Notes: generated by a model not told the origin, from the letters alone. Counted from the stretch's first letter, positions 49,232-58,172 are shown. The stretch is DNA of 61,133 nt from a bacterium (GCA_963643535.1 CAVILU010000002.1:6532-67664), one strand, 5' to 3'. Numbers and translations: made by a program.

Positions 49232-49831
49232 TTATAGGCTGTTCATCTTGCAGATGTACTTGCCGATGATGTCGAACTCGATGTTTACTTTCGAGCCTGC
49301 CTCGATTTGCCCAAAGTTGGTGTGGTCGTGGGTGTAGGGGATGATGGCTACCGAGAAACTGCTCTTGCCGCTGTCTACCACGGTGAGGCTCACGCCATTG
49401 ACGCATACCGAGCCTTTCTCGACGGTGAAGTAGCCTGCGCGGGCTTTCTCGCGCTCGACGTCGTAGGTGAAGTAATATCGCCAGCTGCCGTTGTCCTCTA
49501 CGACTTTGTCGCACGTGGCGGTGGTGTCGACGTGGCCTTGTACTATGTGGCCGTCGAGTCGGCCGTTCATTATCATGCTGCGCTCCACGTTGACGCGGTC
49601 GCCTTCCTTGAGGAGGCCGAGGTTGGAGCGTTGGAGGGTCTCGGCCATTGCCGTTACCGTATACTTGTCGCCGTCGAGGGCTACTACCGTGAGGCATACG
49701 CCGTTGTGAGCCACGCTCTGGTCAATTGTGAGCTCGCTTGCGAAGGAGCATGTGAGGGTGAGATGTACGTTGCCGCCATCTTTGCGGACGCCTACCACTG
49801 TGGCGGAGTCCTCTACTATTCCTGAAAACAT
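49232..49831 (-). CDS. ribE: Riboflavin synthase
   Basis: MFSGIVEDSATV...GDSVAHNGVCLTV-type duplicated lumazine-binding repeats (QSVAHNGVCLTVV, KGSVCVNGVSLTVV). Confidence 0.9.
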   Translation of the reverse strand: MFSGIVEDSATVVGVRKDGGNVHLTLTCSFASELTIDQSVAHNGVCLTVVALDGDKYTVTAMAETLQRSNLGLLKEGDRVNVERSMIMNGRLDGHIVQGHVDTTATCDKVVEDNGSWRYYFTYDVEREKARAGYFTVEKGSVCVNGVSLTVVDSGKSSFSVAIIPYTHDHTNFGQIEAGSKVNIEFDIIGKYICKMNSL

Positions 49832-50089
49832 CGCGTTGTGTCTGAGTTTGTTCATTGCGTCGCCGTCTCTGTGGGCGACTGTGTCGCAAATATACTGAAA
49901 TTTCTTGTTCCGATGAGAAATCGTGCATCGTGGCGCAGAGCGATTATTGCCCCTCGCATATCAAAAACATAAGTATTACCCGTAAAATAATACCCGCCAC
50001 CACCAAAATATCACATCCCACAAGACAATACCACAAAAAAAATCGTACTTTTGTGGGAATGCATACCAAAAGGACACATACATTTCATT

Positions 50090-51115
50090 ATGGACAATAA
50101 TAGCATTGATTGGGGTAAACTCGGTTTCGGCTATATGAAGGCCGACTATAACGTACGTTGCTATTACCGCGACGGCAAATGGGGTGAGATTGAGGTCTCC
50201 AGCGAGGAGAACATCTCCATCCACATGGCTTCCACCTGTCTCCACTACGGTCAGGAGGGTTTCGAGGGCATGAAGGCCTTCCGCGGCAAAGACGGAAAAA
50301 TCCGTGTCTTCCGTATGGACGAGAACGCTAAGCGTCTCCAGCGTACCAGCGACGGCGTCATGATGGCCAAGCTCCCCATCGAGAAGTTCGAGGAGGCAGT
50401 ACGCAAGGTCGTCCTCCTCAACGAGCGCCTCGTGCCCCCCTACGAGAGCGGCTGCTCGCTCTACATCCGCCCGCTCCTCATCGGCATCTCGCCCCGAGTC
50501 GGCGTAAATCCCTCTTCAGAATATCTCTTCCTCATCTTCGTGATGCCCGTCGGCCCTTACTTCAAGGACGGCTTCAAGGCTACTCCGGTCGTCATTCTTC
50601 GTGGCTACGACCGCGCCGCGCCTCTCGGCACAGGCACCATCAAGGTCGGTGGCAATTACGCTGCCAGCCTTGTCCCCGGCGATATGGGTCACAAGATGGG
50701 CTACTCCGCAGTCCTCTACCTCGACGCTAAGCAGAAGAAGTACGTCGACGAGTGCGGTCCCGCAAACTTCTTCGCTATCAAGGACGGTAAGTACGTGACT
50801 CCCAAGTCCACCTCTATCCTCCCCTCAATCACCAATATGAGCCTCCAGCAGCTCGCTGCCGACATGGGTCTTGAGGTCGAGCGCCGCCAGATCCCCGAGG
50901 AGGAGCTCGAGACCTTCGAGGAGGCCGCTGAGTGTGGCACCGCTGCCGTCATCAGCCCTATCTCGCGTATCGACGACCTCGATATGAAGAAGACCTACGA
51001 GTACTGCAAGGATGGCAAGCCGGGCCCCGTCTGCACCGAACTCTACCACAAGCTCCGCGCTATCCAGTATGGCGACGAGCCTGACAAGTACGGCTGGGTC
51101 ACCATCATTGAGTAA
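50090..51115 (+). CDS. ilvE: Branched-chain amino acid aminotransferase
   Basis: Class IV aminotransferase. HYGQEGFEGMKAF and the Lys region (TGTIKVGGNYAASL); about 341 aa from MDNNSIDWGKLGFGY. Confidence 0.9.
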   Translation: MDNNSIDWGKLGFGYMKADYNVRCYYRDGKWGEIEVSSEENISIHMASTCLHYGQEGFEGMKAFRGKDGKIRVFRMDENAKRLQRTSDGVMMAKLPIEKFEEAVRKVVLLNERLVPPYESGCSLYIRPLLIGISPRVGVNPSSEYLFLIFVMPVGPYFKDGFKATPVVILRGYDRAAPLGTGTIKVGGNYAASLVPGDMGHKMGYSAVLYLDAKQKKYVDECGPANFFAIKDGKYVTPKSTSILPSITNMSLQQLAADMGLEVERRQIPEEELETFEEAAECGTAAVISPISRIDDLDMKKTYEYCKDGKPGPVCTELYHKLRAIQYGDEPDKYGWVTIIE

Positions 51116-51178
51116 GACTCTTAGCCCGTAAGGGCGAACACGCATACGGACCTCGTGTCCATGGCTCTACCGACATAA

Positions 51179-51222
51179 GCGGGGGCGGCTTGATTATAAT
51201 CTTGTCCGCCTCCGCTTTTTCT
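51179..51222 (+). terminator. Rho-independent terminator after ilvE
   Basis: gcgggggcgg ... ccgcctccgc (one G:U) followed by tttttctttttc. Confidence 0.7.
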
Positions 51223-51319
51223 TTTTCTCTCCAAATCAACTTTCGCTTTGGCGTGAACCTTGGGAAATGCAGGTGATGTGGTGACGACAATTCTCCACTA
51301 AGTGTGATATAAAAACGAT

Positions 51320-51358
51320 AAGCCGCGGCAGACAATGTAGCTTTGTCTGCCGCGGCTT
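51320..51358 (-). terminator. Perfect 16-bp hairpin downstream of galE
   Basis: aagccgcggcagacaa-tgtagct-ttgtctgccgcggctt lies between the convergent ilvE and galE genes. Confidence 0.6.
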
Positions 51359-51405
51359 GATGTTGTAGTGTCAACTGTGCACTGTGAACAGTGCGCTGCT
51401 AAATG

Positions 51406-52434
51406 TTACTTGATGCCCCTGCACCTCTTCTCCCAGTTCCAGGCGTTGAGGAGGGTTTGCTCAATGGGCACTTCGGCCTTCCAACCGAGCTCGGTGTTGG
51501 CGAGGGTGGTGTCGGCCCAGATCTTGACGATGTCGCCCGCGCGGCGGCCAACGATCTTATAGGGCAGGGGAGCTCCCGTGGACTTCTTGAATGCGTTGAC
51601 GAGCTCGAGGACGCTGAGACCCTTGCCCGTGCCGATGTTGAAGTACTCGTAGTTGCTCTTGTTCTTGCCTTCGAGGAGTCGCTTGATGGCTACCACGTGC
51701 GCCTTCGAGAGGTCTACGACGTCGATGTAGTCGCGGATGGGGGTGCCATCAGGGGTGTCGTAGTCATTGCCGAAGATGCTGAGCTCCTTGCGGAGGCCTG
51801 CTGCGGTCTGCGTGATGTAGGGCACGAGGTTGTTGGGCACGCCCACGGGGCTCTCGCCAATGAGCGAGCTGGGGTGAGCGCCGATGGGGTTGAAGTAGCG
51901 GAGCGCGAGGCCGTTGATCTGCTTCTCCTCATGGCAAAAGTCGCGGATGATGTCCTCGTTGACGGTCTTAGTGTTGCCGTAGGGGCTCTCGGCGGGCTTG
52001 CGGGGAGTGCCTTCGGTCACGGGGAGCTTGTCCGGCTGGCCGTAGACGGTGCAGCTGGAGGAGAACACTAGGTTGGCAACGCCGGTGTACTTCATAGCCT
52101 CGAGGATGTTCATGAGGCTGTTGACGTTGTTGCGGTAGTACTCAAGGGGCTTATGCACGCTCTCGCCCACTGCCTTGAAGGCCGCGAAGTGGATCACGGC
52201 GTTTATCTCGCCTTTGTGGCGGAGGAAGAAGTTGAGGGTGGCTCCGCGGTCCGAGAGGTCGAAGTTCTCGAACTCGGGACGCTTGCCGGTTATCTTCTCG
52301 ATGTTGTCTACCGTCTCGGCCTTGGAGTTCGAGAGGTTGTCGACGATGATGACCTCGTAGCCTGCCTCCTGAAGCTCGACTACGGTGTGCGAACCGATGA
52401 AGCCGGTGCCGCCTGTCACAAGTATCTTGCTCAT
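51406..52434 (-). CDS. galE: UDP-glucose 4-epimerase
   Basis: Rossmann motif ILVTGGTGFIGSH and YGNTK (YxxxK); about 342 aa from MSKILV. Confidence 0.95.
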   Translation of the reverse strand: MSKILVTGGTGFIGSHTVVELQEAGYEVIIVDNLSNSKAETVDNIEKITGKRPEFENFDLSDRGATLNFFLRHKGEINAVIHFAAFKAVGESVHKPLEYYRNNVNSLMNILEAMKYTGVANLVFSSSCTVYGQPDKLPVTEGTPRKPAESPYGNTKTVNEDIIRDFCHEEKQINGLALRYFNPIGAHPSSLIGESPVGVPNNLVPYITQTAAGLRKELSIFGNDYDTPDGTPIRDYIDVVDLSKAHVVAIKRLLEGKNKSNYEYFNIGTGKGLSVLELVNAFKKSTGAPLPYKIVGRRAGDIVKIWADTTLANTELGWKAEVPIEQTLLNAWNWEKRCRGIK

Positions 52435-52561
52435 TATCTCTTGTTTGTTTTTAAGGTTCTGCAAATATACTTAACTCTTGTCGCATTTTGTTCGCCTGAC
52501 GAACATTTTGCCGCAAGTGTGTTCGCTCTTTGCATTATTCATGTGCAAACGTTTCGGGTGG

Positions 52562-54370
52562 CTACTTCTTCTGCGCCGGTATGTAGACCTCCTCTTCCTC
52601 GTCGTAATATATGTCTTCGTAGCCCGAGCCGTCCTCCTTCTCGTGTTCGATGTGGTAGGTGACTTTGGCTATGAGCTTGCCATTCTCCTCGCGGACAACC
52701 TCGGCGTGGTCGATGGTTGAGAATCGCCAGAGGGAGGTGGAAATGCCTGCCGTCGGGGAGGTTACGAGCATGATGCCGTAGGGGAAGACTGTGCCGACTT
52801 GGGGTGTGAGTATGTTGGTGACGTCTATTATGACGTTTTGTGTGCCGAAGACTATAATTGTCCTCTCACTGCCGTCGGAGCCGGCGACGTTTGTGAACAT
52901 TGGGAACTCCTGCGGCTTCAAATTGTTGAAGTCCGCATTGTCTCCGCCATTTGTTCGCTCATACGACTTTCCTTTTGGAATGCGGAACCAAGTCTTTATT
53001 TTGGAGCCGACGGTCTCGCCTTTGTTGGTTTTTATAGTGTTTGTTTCGTAGGGTAGGTAGATGTAGTCGTTGTCGTCTGCCGCGGTTACTTGCTTTAATG
53101 GATCAAAGTCGTAATGGGAAACGGTCGCCGACTTGTATCCGTTCCTATTTATGTTGTCGTCTTCTATGCGCACGAGGGACTCTGTGCCTAGAAATTGCGA
53201 TATATTCTTACCGTCAGTGCTCTTGAACTTAATAGTTCTCAATTCCCCTCTGGCATCTTCATTGAGTAGGAGTTTGCCGTCTTTGTCCTCGAGTGTCAAC
53301 TGGCAGAATGCCTGCGTTGGTGTGACGTCTTTGCGGTCAAAGAAAAATTGGATATGCTCCGAATTCACAATGTAGCAAGTGAGTTCTCCGTTATCATGCT
53401 GCATCACTCTGATTGAGAATTGCCTGAAGGTCTTGTCTTGTGGCTCGTAGCGGGTGGCGTATAGTGCGCCATGGAGATCCAATATTTTCCATTTCTTGCC
53501 AAGATCGTCAGCCCACCATGTTACGGGCGTTATGAATTCGCTAAGAGGAATGATATCTTTCTCGGCACCTTCGTTTGCGATGCTTGTATTCTCGCTGTTT
53601 GATACGGCTAAAATGTTGTAGATGCATCCGCAGACAAAATTGATTAAGTCCATGCGCACCAGGCCTTTGGACTTTTGCAGATTAATGTCCTTATAAAACC
53701 TGTTGAGCATCGGTGGCCGTTTCACTATGCCTCCGTTTCCTGTCAGTTGCTGGATGATGCCATGGATGTGGTCCACCTTCTCCATTGTGAACTTCGCCTT
53801 AGTATTGGCATTGTAACTCTTGCCATCTTTCTTGAGCGAGCCGTCCTCGTCGCCTACCGATTCTCCGTATTTAGGCATATATGGGAATGCGTCATCCGCA
53901 GCCGATGCAAATTGAAGAAGGACTACAGCAGGGTCGATTTTGAATGATTCCATTTTCTCTAGTGAATCTTTCCACTTTGTGCGCAATGCGTATGGCACGT
54001 CCTCTTTGCTGCCCGTGTCAAGCAGGTAGCGCATGAGGTTTATGAGGTCGGGGTTGTCGCCTTCGTTCACTGCCAACGGTTTGCCGGCCTCGTTGCGAGA
54101 GCCGATAAGTAGGTTATACATGCCGTATTCTTTGGCTTTATCCTTGCCGCATGCCTCGTATGATTCCATAAACCATTCGAGGTCAACGTTTGGCCATTGG
54201 GTTTTGCAGTAGTCTACAATCATCTCCCAAAGGTCCTCGGGATCCTTGATGCCGTCTAGGTCGTTCTTTTTCAGAAACGCCTTCCACTCGGCGTCGGACC
54301 ACGTCAGCAGGTTGCGCTGCTTGATGATCTTAAGTAGGAACTGACGGTGATTATTGGACGTCAAATACAC
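52562..54370 (-). CDS. Hypothetical 602-aa protein, no recognisable domain (orphan island)
   Basis: Long uninterrupted ORF in the A/T-richer segment. No signal peptide or TM. N-terminal half is helical-looking, C-terminal half beta-rich, with an acidic tail (YYDEEEEVY). GTG start in the track, so the start is uncertain. Confidence 0.6.
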   Translation of the reverse strand: MYLTSNNHRQFLLKIIKQRNLLTWSDAEWKAFLKKNDLDGIKDPEDLWEMIVDYCKTQWPNVDLEWFMESYEACGKDKAKEYGMYNLLIGSRNEAGKPLAVNEGDNPDLINLMRYLLDTGSKEDVPYALRTKWKDSLEKMESFKIDPAVVLLQFASAADDAFPYMPKYGESVGDEDGSLKKDGKSYNANTKAKFTMEKVDHIHGIIQQLTGNGGIVKRPPMLNRFYKDINLQKSKGLVRMDLINFVCGCIYNILAVSNSENTSIANEGAEKDIIPLSEFITPVTWWADDLGKKWKILDLHGALYATRYEPQDKTFRQFSIRVMQHDNGELTCYIVNSEHIQFFFDRKDVTPTQAFCQLTLEDKDGKLLLNEDARGELRTIKFKSTDGKNISQFLGTESLVRIEDDNINRNGYKSATVSHYDFDPLKQVTAADDNDYIYLPYETNTIKTNKGETVGSKIKTWFRIPKGKSYERTNGGDNADFNNLKPQEFPMFTNVAGSDGSERTIIVFGTQNVIIDVTNILTPQVGTVFPYGIMLVTSPTAGISTSLWRFSTIDHAEVVREENGKLIAKVTYHIEHEKEDGSGYEDIYYDEEEEVYIPAQKK

Positions 54371-54505
54371 AGGGTGGTTCCCGTGGGTATAATCTGGATT
54401 TTAATGAATCTCTAATTAAAACTGGCGACAACAGTCCATCGAATATGTATTTTTCTGTTCGTCTGGTAGCGCCGTATTAGTCAACTTTGATTGTTTATTA
54501 GCATT

Positions 54506-54706
54506 ATGTGGATAATCGTTGTGCTTGTTATTTGTGCTATGCTTTATGGTGCATATGACTATTTTAATTCCGGTGATGCGGAAGTGGATGCCTATGTAGG
54601 TGGAGATCCTATTACTGGTTGTTGGGAGCGAATGAAATCTACTGGTTGCGGTTGCATCATTTTGATAATTGTAGCCGCTGCAATTGTGGCGTATTTTCAA
54701 AAATAG
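54506..54706 (+). CDS. Hypothetical 66-aa two-TM Cys-rich peptide
   Basis: MWIIVVLVICAMLYGAY - acidic/Cys loop (GDPITGCWERMKSTGCGC) - IILIIVAAAIVAYF. First gene of the plus-strand operon. An ATG was chosen inside the TTG-started ORF. Confidence 0.45.
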   Translation: MWIIVVLVICAMLYGAYDYFNSGDAEVDAYVGGDPITGCWERMKSTGCGCIILIIVAAAIVAYFQK

Positions 54707-54779
54707 GATGTTGCTGAATATCCGGTGCGTCTGATAATTTCGAGTTCGGAACTAAAGAGAATACATACAGATATTAGAT

Positions 54780-55991
54780 ATGAGTGCTTTGGACGGGCAG
54801 TTGTCTCAATGTATGAATGACATTGAGGCTGTACAGAAAGAGCTTGATGCAAACCTCACTTTGTTAGCTAAGCATGTAGACCAAGGATTCGGTCAACTTC
54901 GCAACCTTAACAAGCAAAGTATGGAGTTCGCTAAGCAACTTTCGGACAGTGGGCATGAAGTGGCTGGTATGGCCGTGCAATTGGCGGGTGCCGCAATTAG
55001 CGGTATCTCTGGGGCGGTAACTGCAGCGCAAGCTGCGGCTGCGCATAATGACGCCCTCGCTAAGTTGATGCAGCAAAAAGTGAAAATTGCGAGCGAGCGA
55101 TATGAAGGTATCTGTCGGATTCAGAAAATAGCCGAAAGGAACGAAGCGACTCTATTTAACTTGTTTTCGCAGACATTGATGCAGGAATATAGTGAAAGAG
55201 AGTTAACCTCGAATCCTGCGAATGCTAAAGGAATCATCAATGAGATTAATCGTGTTGATGATGCCTACAAGTTGTCCCGCTCTAACTTGTTGATGGTTGG
55301 TTTCCTTTTGGATGAATACAAGGCTTGGATGAATAACCAACAAAAATCGGGGTCGCGGCGTCCTATTCCCTCTTTTGTGAACTATTTCATCCACGATTGG
55401 ATGTTTGACCATAATAACGGTATGGGTCTGAATTTGCAGTCTGTTATTTCCCGTAAAGGGACTCGGGGAAAAATAACGGGTGCCGAGCTATTGTTCCTCA
55501 CAGACTCTTCAATAACAGCTTGTGGCCTTTATAACAAAATGTCCAACGGAGTTATTCGCGGTATTGGTGTCGAACCGGGTGGTGTCGCACGAAAACTAGT
55601 TGAAAATAACAGTGCATACAAAGAGTATGCATCGTCACTGTCGTCTTATAACGGATGGTGGCATGCTCCAGCACTTATAGCCTTGGTAATTGTAGGAGTG
55701 TCAATTTGGTTCGACGGTTTATGTTTGGGCTGGATGTCCGAATGGTGGGCTTTCTTCCGTTGGGTTGTTATGATTATCATTGGAATCATCGAATTTGGTG
55801 TCGTTATGATGTCATGTTCATCTCTCTTCAATGATGAGGACAAGCAGAAACGTCTTAATGAGATCTTCAACAAAGCTCAAAAGAAACAGCTCGATGAGAT
55901 GGGGTATGTAAAGATTTACGAGCCTGATCTTAAAGAGAAAAATGTTCTTTGGGAAGGGACCAAAGGATTTTTCAATGGTATATTCGGTTAA
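54780..55991 (+). CDS. Hypothetical 403-aa coiled-coil protein with Ala/Gly-rich segment and C-terminal TM hairpin
   Basis: Heptad-like N-terminal about 200 aa. AGMAVQLAGAAISGISGAVTAAQAAAA. Two adjacent hydrophobic helices, WWHAPALIALVIVGVSIWFDGLCLGW and WWAFFRWVVMIIIGIIEFGVVMMSC. Confidence 0.6.
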   Translation: MSALDGQLSQCMNDIEAVQKELDANLTLLAKHVDQGFGQLRNLNKQSMEFAKQLSDSGHEVAGMAVQLAGAAISGISGAVTAAQAAAAHNDALAKLMQQKVKIASERYEGICRIQKIAERNEATLFNLFSQTLMQEYSERELTSNPANAKGIINEINRVDDAYKLSRSNLLMVGFLLDEYKAWMNNQQKSGSRRPIPSFVNYFIHDWMFDHNNGMGLNLQSVISRKGTRGKITGAELLFLTDSSITACGLYNKMSNGVIRGIGVEPGGVARKLVENNSAYKEYASSLSSYNGWWHAPALIALVIVGVSIWFDGLCLGWMSEWWAFFRWVVMIIIGIIEFGVVMMSCSSLFNDEDKQKRLNEIFNKAQKKQLDEMGYVKIYEPDLKEKNVLWEGTKGFFNGIFG

Positions 55992-56055
55992 TTCCTAGCC
56001 GTAGGAAAATCAAGGTCGGGTTTATCCCAACTTTAATGTAATAAAATAAAAAGTA

Positions 56056-56493
56056 ATGGAAAACTACAATGATGGTTTGGTTACAACGGATTCTTTGCAA
56101 CGTGTTGAGAACGTATGCGAGAGCTGTAATGTTGTAGCTACGAAGGTTGAAAACGCCTTAACTGTGATAAACAGCGTTGGCTGTACAATTAAGGATACTG
56201 TACAGATTATCGAGACAGTAAAGTATGACATCGCTAAGCTCGATCATGACCTTGATATGTTTCTCGCAGAAAGTAATACTCGATTGGAGAAATTCAAGTT
56301 GGCTATGCCCATACTTGAAAAGCAATTAACCTTGATCTCTAATCGTATTGACAACATCACCAATACGATGCTCACTAATGTTATGGACCCCAAAGACCCC
56401 AATAGTGTTCAGAAACATAGCCAAATGATGGATATGCTCAACAGTGCCAACGATAGCTTCAACAATATGCTCGTGAAACTGATAACCTTGTGA
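56056..56493 (+). CDS. Hypothetical 145-aa all-helical protein
   Basis: The ORF has helix-favouring, Asn/Leu/Lys-rich composition. No TM and no motif recognised. Confidence 0.5.
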   Translation: MENYNDGLVTTDSLQRVENVCESCNVVATKVENALTVINSVGCTIKDTVQIIETVKYDIAKLDHDLDMFLAESNTRLEKFKLAMPILEKQLTLISNRIDNITNTMLTNVMDPKDPNSVQKHSQMMDMLNSANDSFNNMLVKLITL

Positions 56494-56762
56494 GTGTTCA
56501 CTTTGCTCCTTTGGATTATTTAATAGGCCCTTTGTTATATCCTCAACCAACGGCAAGTCGTTAGCCTTCTTTGTCGGTTATCAACCTGAAGACTCTGAGG
56601 AGATTGTCGGTAAAGTTGTCTTCTGTGACTCTCTCAGTTTCCTCAACAAGTTTAGCTTTTGGGGAGGTAAAGTGGCCGTTATGAAAAATCCGGCATACTA
56701 ATATGGCAATGGGGCAAAAGCCCTCACTTAAGATTTCTATGACTGCTCAAGCAAATAAGATT

Positions 56763-57308
56763 ATGAAGAAAACATTTGCGTTCCTTTGCCTTTTGGCAAC
56801 TATGTTAACCTGTCTCACGTCTTGCGAAAAGTCTACTAAGGACAAGCTTACCGGTTCGTGGGACTTCTCGACAACCTTGTCTTCAAGTGAATTTGATGGT
56901 ACCGCTCAAGGTTCCAAAAAACTCAACAGTGATGGCTCTTTCTATATGCAAGGTACAGTTACCTTGTCTGGCCCGGATTACTCTTTAGGCTATGAACTTG
57001 AGATGGCAATTGTTGTGACATTTGAAGAATCAGGAGACTGGGATGTTAATGGTGAAAATATAGTTTATTCACCGTCAAACCAGTCTTGTGAACTCGTAAA
57101 AATGGAATACAAGGATCCAGACAGCGGAGAGTCCCTTGTCTTGTCTGGTGATGACCTCGATGGTTTAAGAGATTCGTTTGAAAAAGAAGTGGGGCCTTCT
57201 ATATTTGAGGTGAGCAGTGAAAAAATCATTTTGCTGAAAGATAATAAGTTTGTGACTGAGGAACAGTCAAATGATGGGTCGACAATAAAATACACTTACA
57301 CCCGTTAA
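56763..57308 (+). CDS. Lipoprotein, lipocalin-like (tentative)
   Basis: MKKTFAFLCLLATMLTCLTSC lipobox. LTGSWDFST start and alternating beta pattern resemble lipocalin-like DUF lipoproteins. Confidence 0.55.
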   Translation: MKKTFAFLCLLATMLTCLTSCEKSTKDKLTGSWDFSTTLSSSEFDGTAQGSKKLNSDGSFYMQGTVTLSGPDYSLGYELEMAIVVTFEESGDWDVNGENIVYSPSNQSCELVKMEYKDPDSGESLVLSGDDLDGLRDSFEKEVGPSIFEVSSEKIILLKDNKFVTEEQSNDGSTIKYTYTR

Positions 57309-57345
57309 AGTAAAGACATACACTGAATTTTAAAATAATAAACTT

Positions 57346-57978
57346 ATGTCAGAAGAAGAAGAAGAAGATTTCGACGAACAAGTTGAGAGTGACTGCGAGT
57401 CGGCTGTTCGTTGTGGTTATGATCTCCAGTTGGCTGTTAGAGCCCAACAGGAGCTTATAACGGTGAAAGAGTTATCTGAAGCGCAGGTTGATTCTGTGCT
57501 GGAGGATGAGGTGAACAATCGAACGGCCCAAGTCTTTATGGGTTGGCTGGTAATAGCCATTTACATTGCCGTCTTCATTGGGCTGATCTTTTCCGAGGGC
57601 AGCGTGCTTTTCGGTCTTGGCGCATTATTAAGTGGTGTCTTGTTTTACCTCGGAAGAAACAATGCGAAGGCGATAGAGAGGTATTTCAAAAAGCTCATAG
57701 CGGGCGGCTCTTTGTCTGTGATGTCGAATGCCTTCCCCTCTTTGGGTGTCATTCTTCTGCTTGGCATAGCCTACCGTTTCGCTGCCAAGCATTTTGATGC
57801 CATTTCAAGTCTTGAACGGGACTTCTCTCCGATTCTTATGCTGCTTCTTTTTATTGTGGGTTCTGTTTGCGCTATCGGAATACCCGTTTGGATGGGTGTG
57901 TATACCACATACTCGATTCCCAAGTACGAAAAGACCAAAAGCGATAATGGCGACATAGTTCTTAAAAGGAAAGCTTAA
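57346..57978 (+). CDS. Hypothetical 210-aa four-TM membrane protein with poly-Glu N-terminus
   Basis: MSEEEEEDFDEQVESDCES cytoplasmic head, then four hydrophobic helices. Last gene before the terminator. Confidence 0.55.
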   Translation: MSEEEEEDFDEQVESDCESAVRCGYDLQLAVRAQQELITVKELSEAQVDSVLEDEVNNRTAQVFMGWLVIAIYIAVFIGLIFSEGSVLFGLGALLSGVLFYLGRNNAKAIERYFKKLIAGGSLSVMSNAFPSLGVILLLGIAYRFAAKHFDAISSLERDFSPILMLLLFIVGSVCAIGIPVWMGVYTTYSIPKYEKTKSDNGDIVLKRKA

Positions 57979-58026
57979 GAATCTTTAGTGGCGAGGCTCA
58001 AGTTTCCCCGTCCACCACACAATATT

Positions 58027-58068
58027 TGTCCGGGTGCATTGTTATCATGATGTGCCCGGACATTTTTA
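58027..58068 (+). terminator. Rho-independent terminator closing the orphan operon
   Basis: tgtccgggtgcat-tgttatc-atgtgcccggaca (13 bp, two G:U) followed by ttttta. Confidence 0.75.
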
Positions 58069-58172
58069 TTGTTCTAAACAACAAACTCTTCCGCCGAAAG
58101 AAAGCGACAGGGGAGTTTTTATTTTCTCACCACACCCCAAAAAACAAAAGGAGAGAGGATAACGTCTATTCA

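Noticed and set aside
49832-50089. A possible FMN riboswitch upstream of ribE.
   Set aside because: The RFN core elements (GGGCAGGGTGAAATTCCC and CCGACAGT...AGTCTGGATG) are absent from the 5' region on the minus strand.
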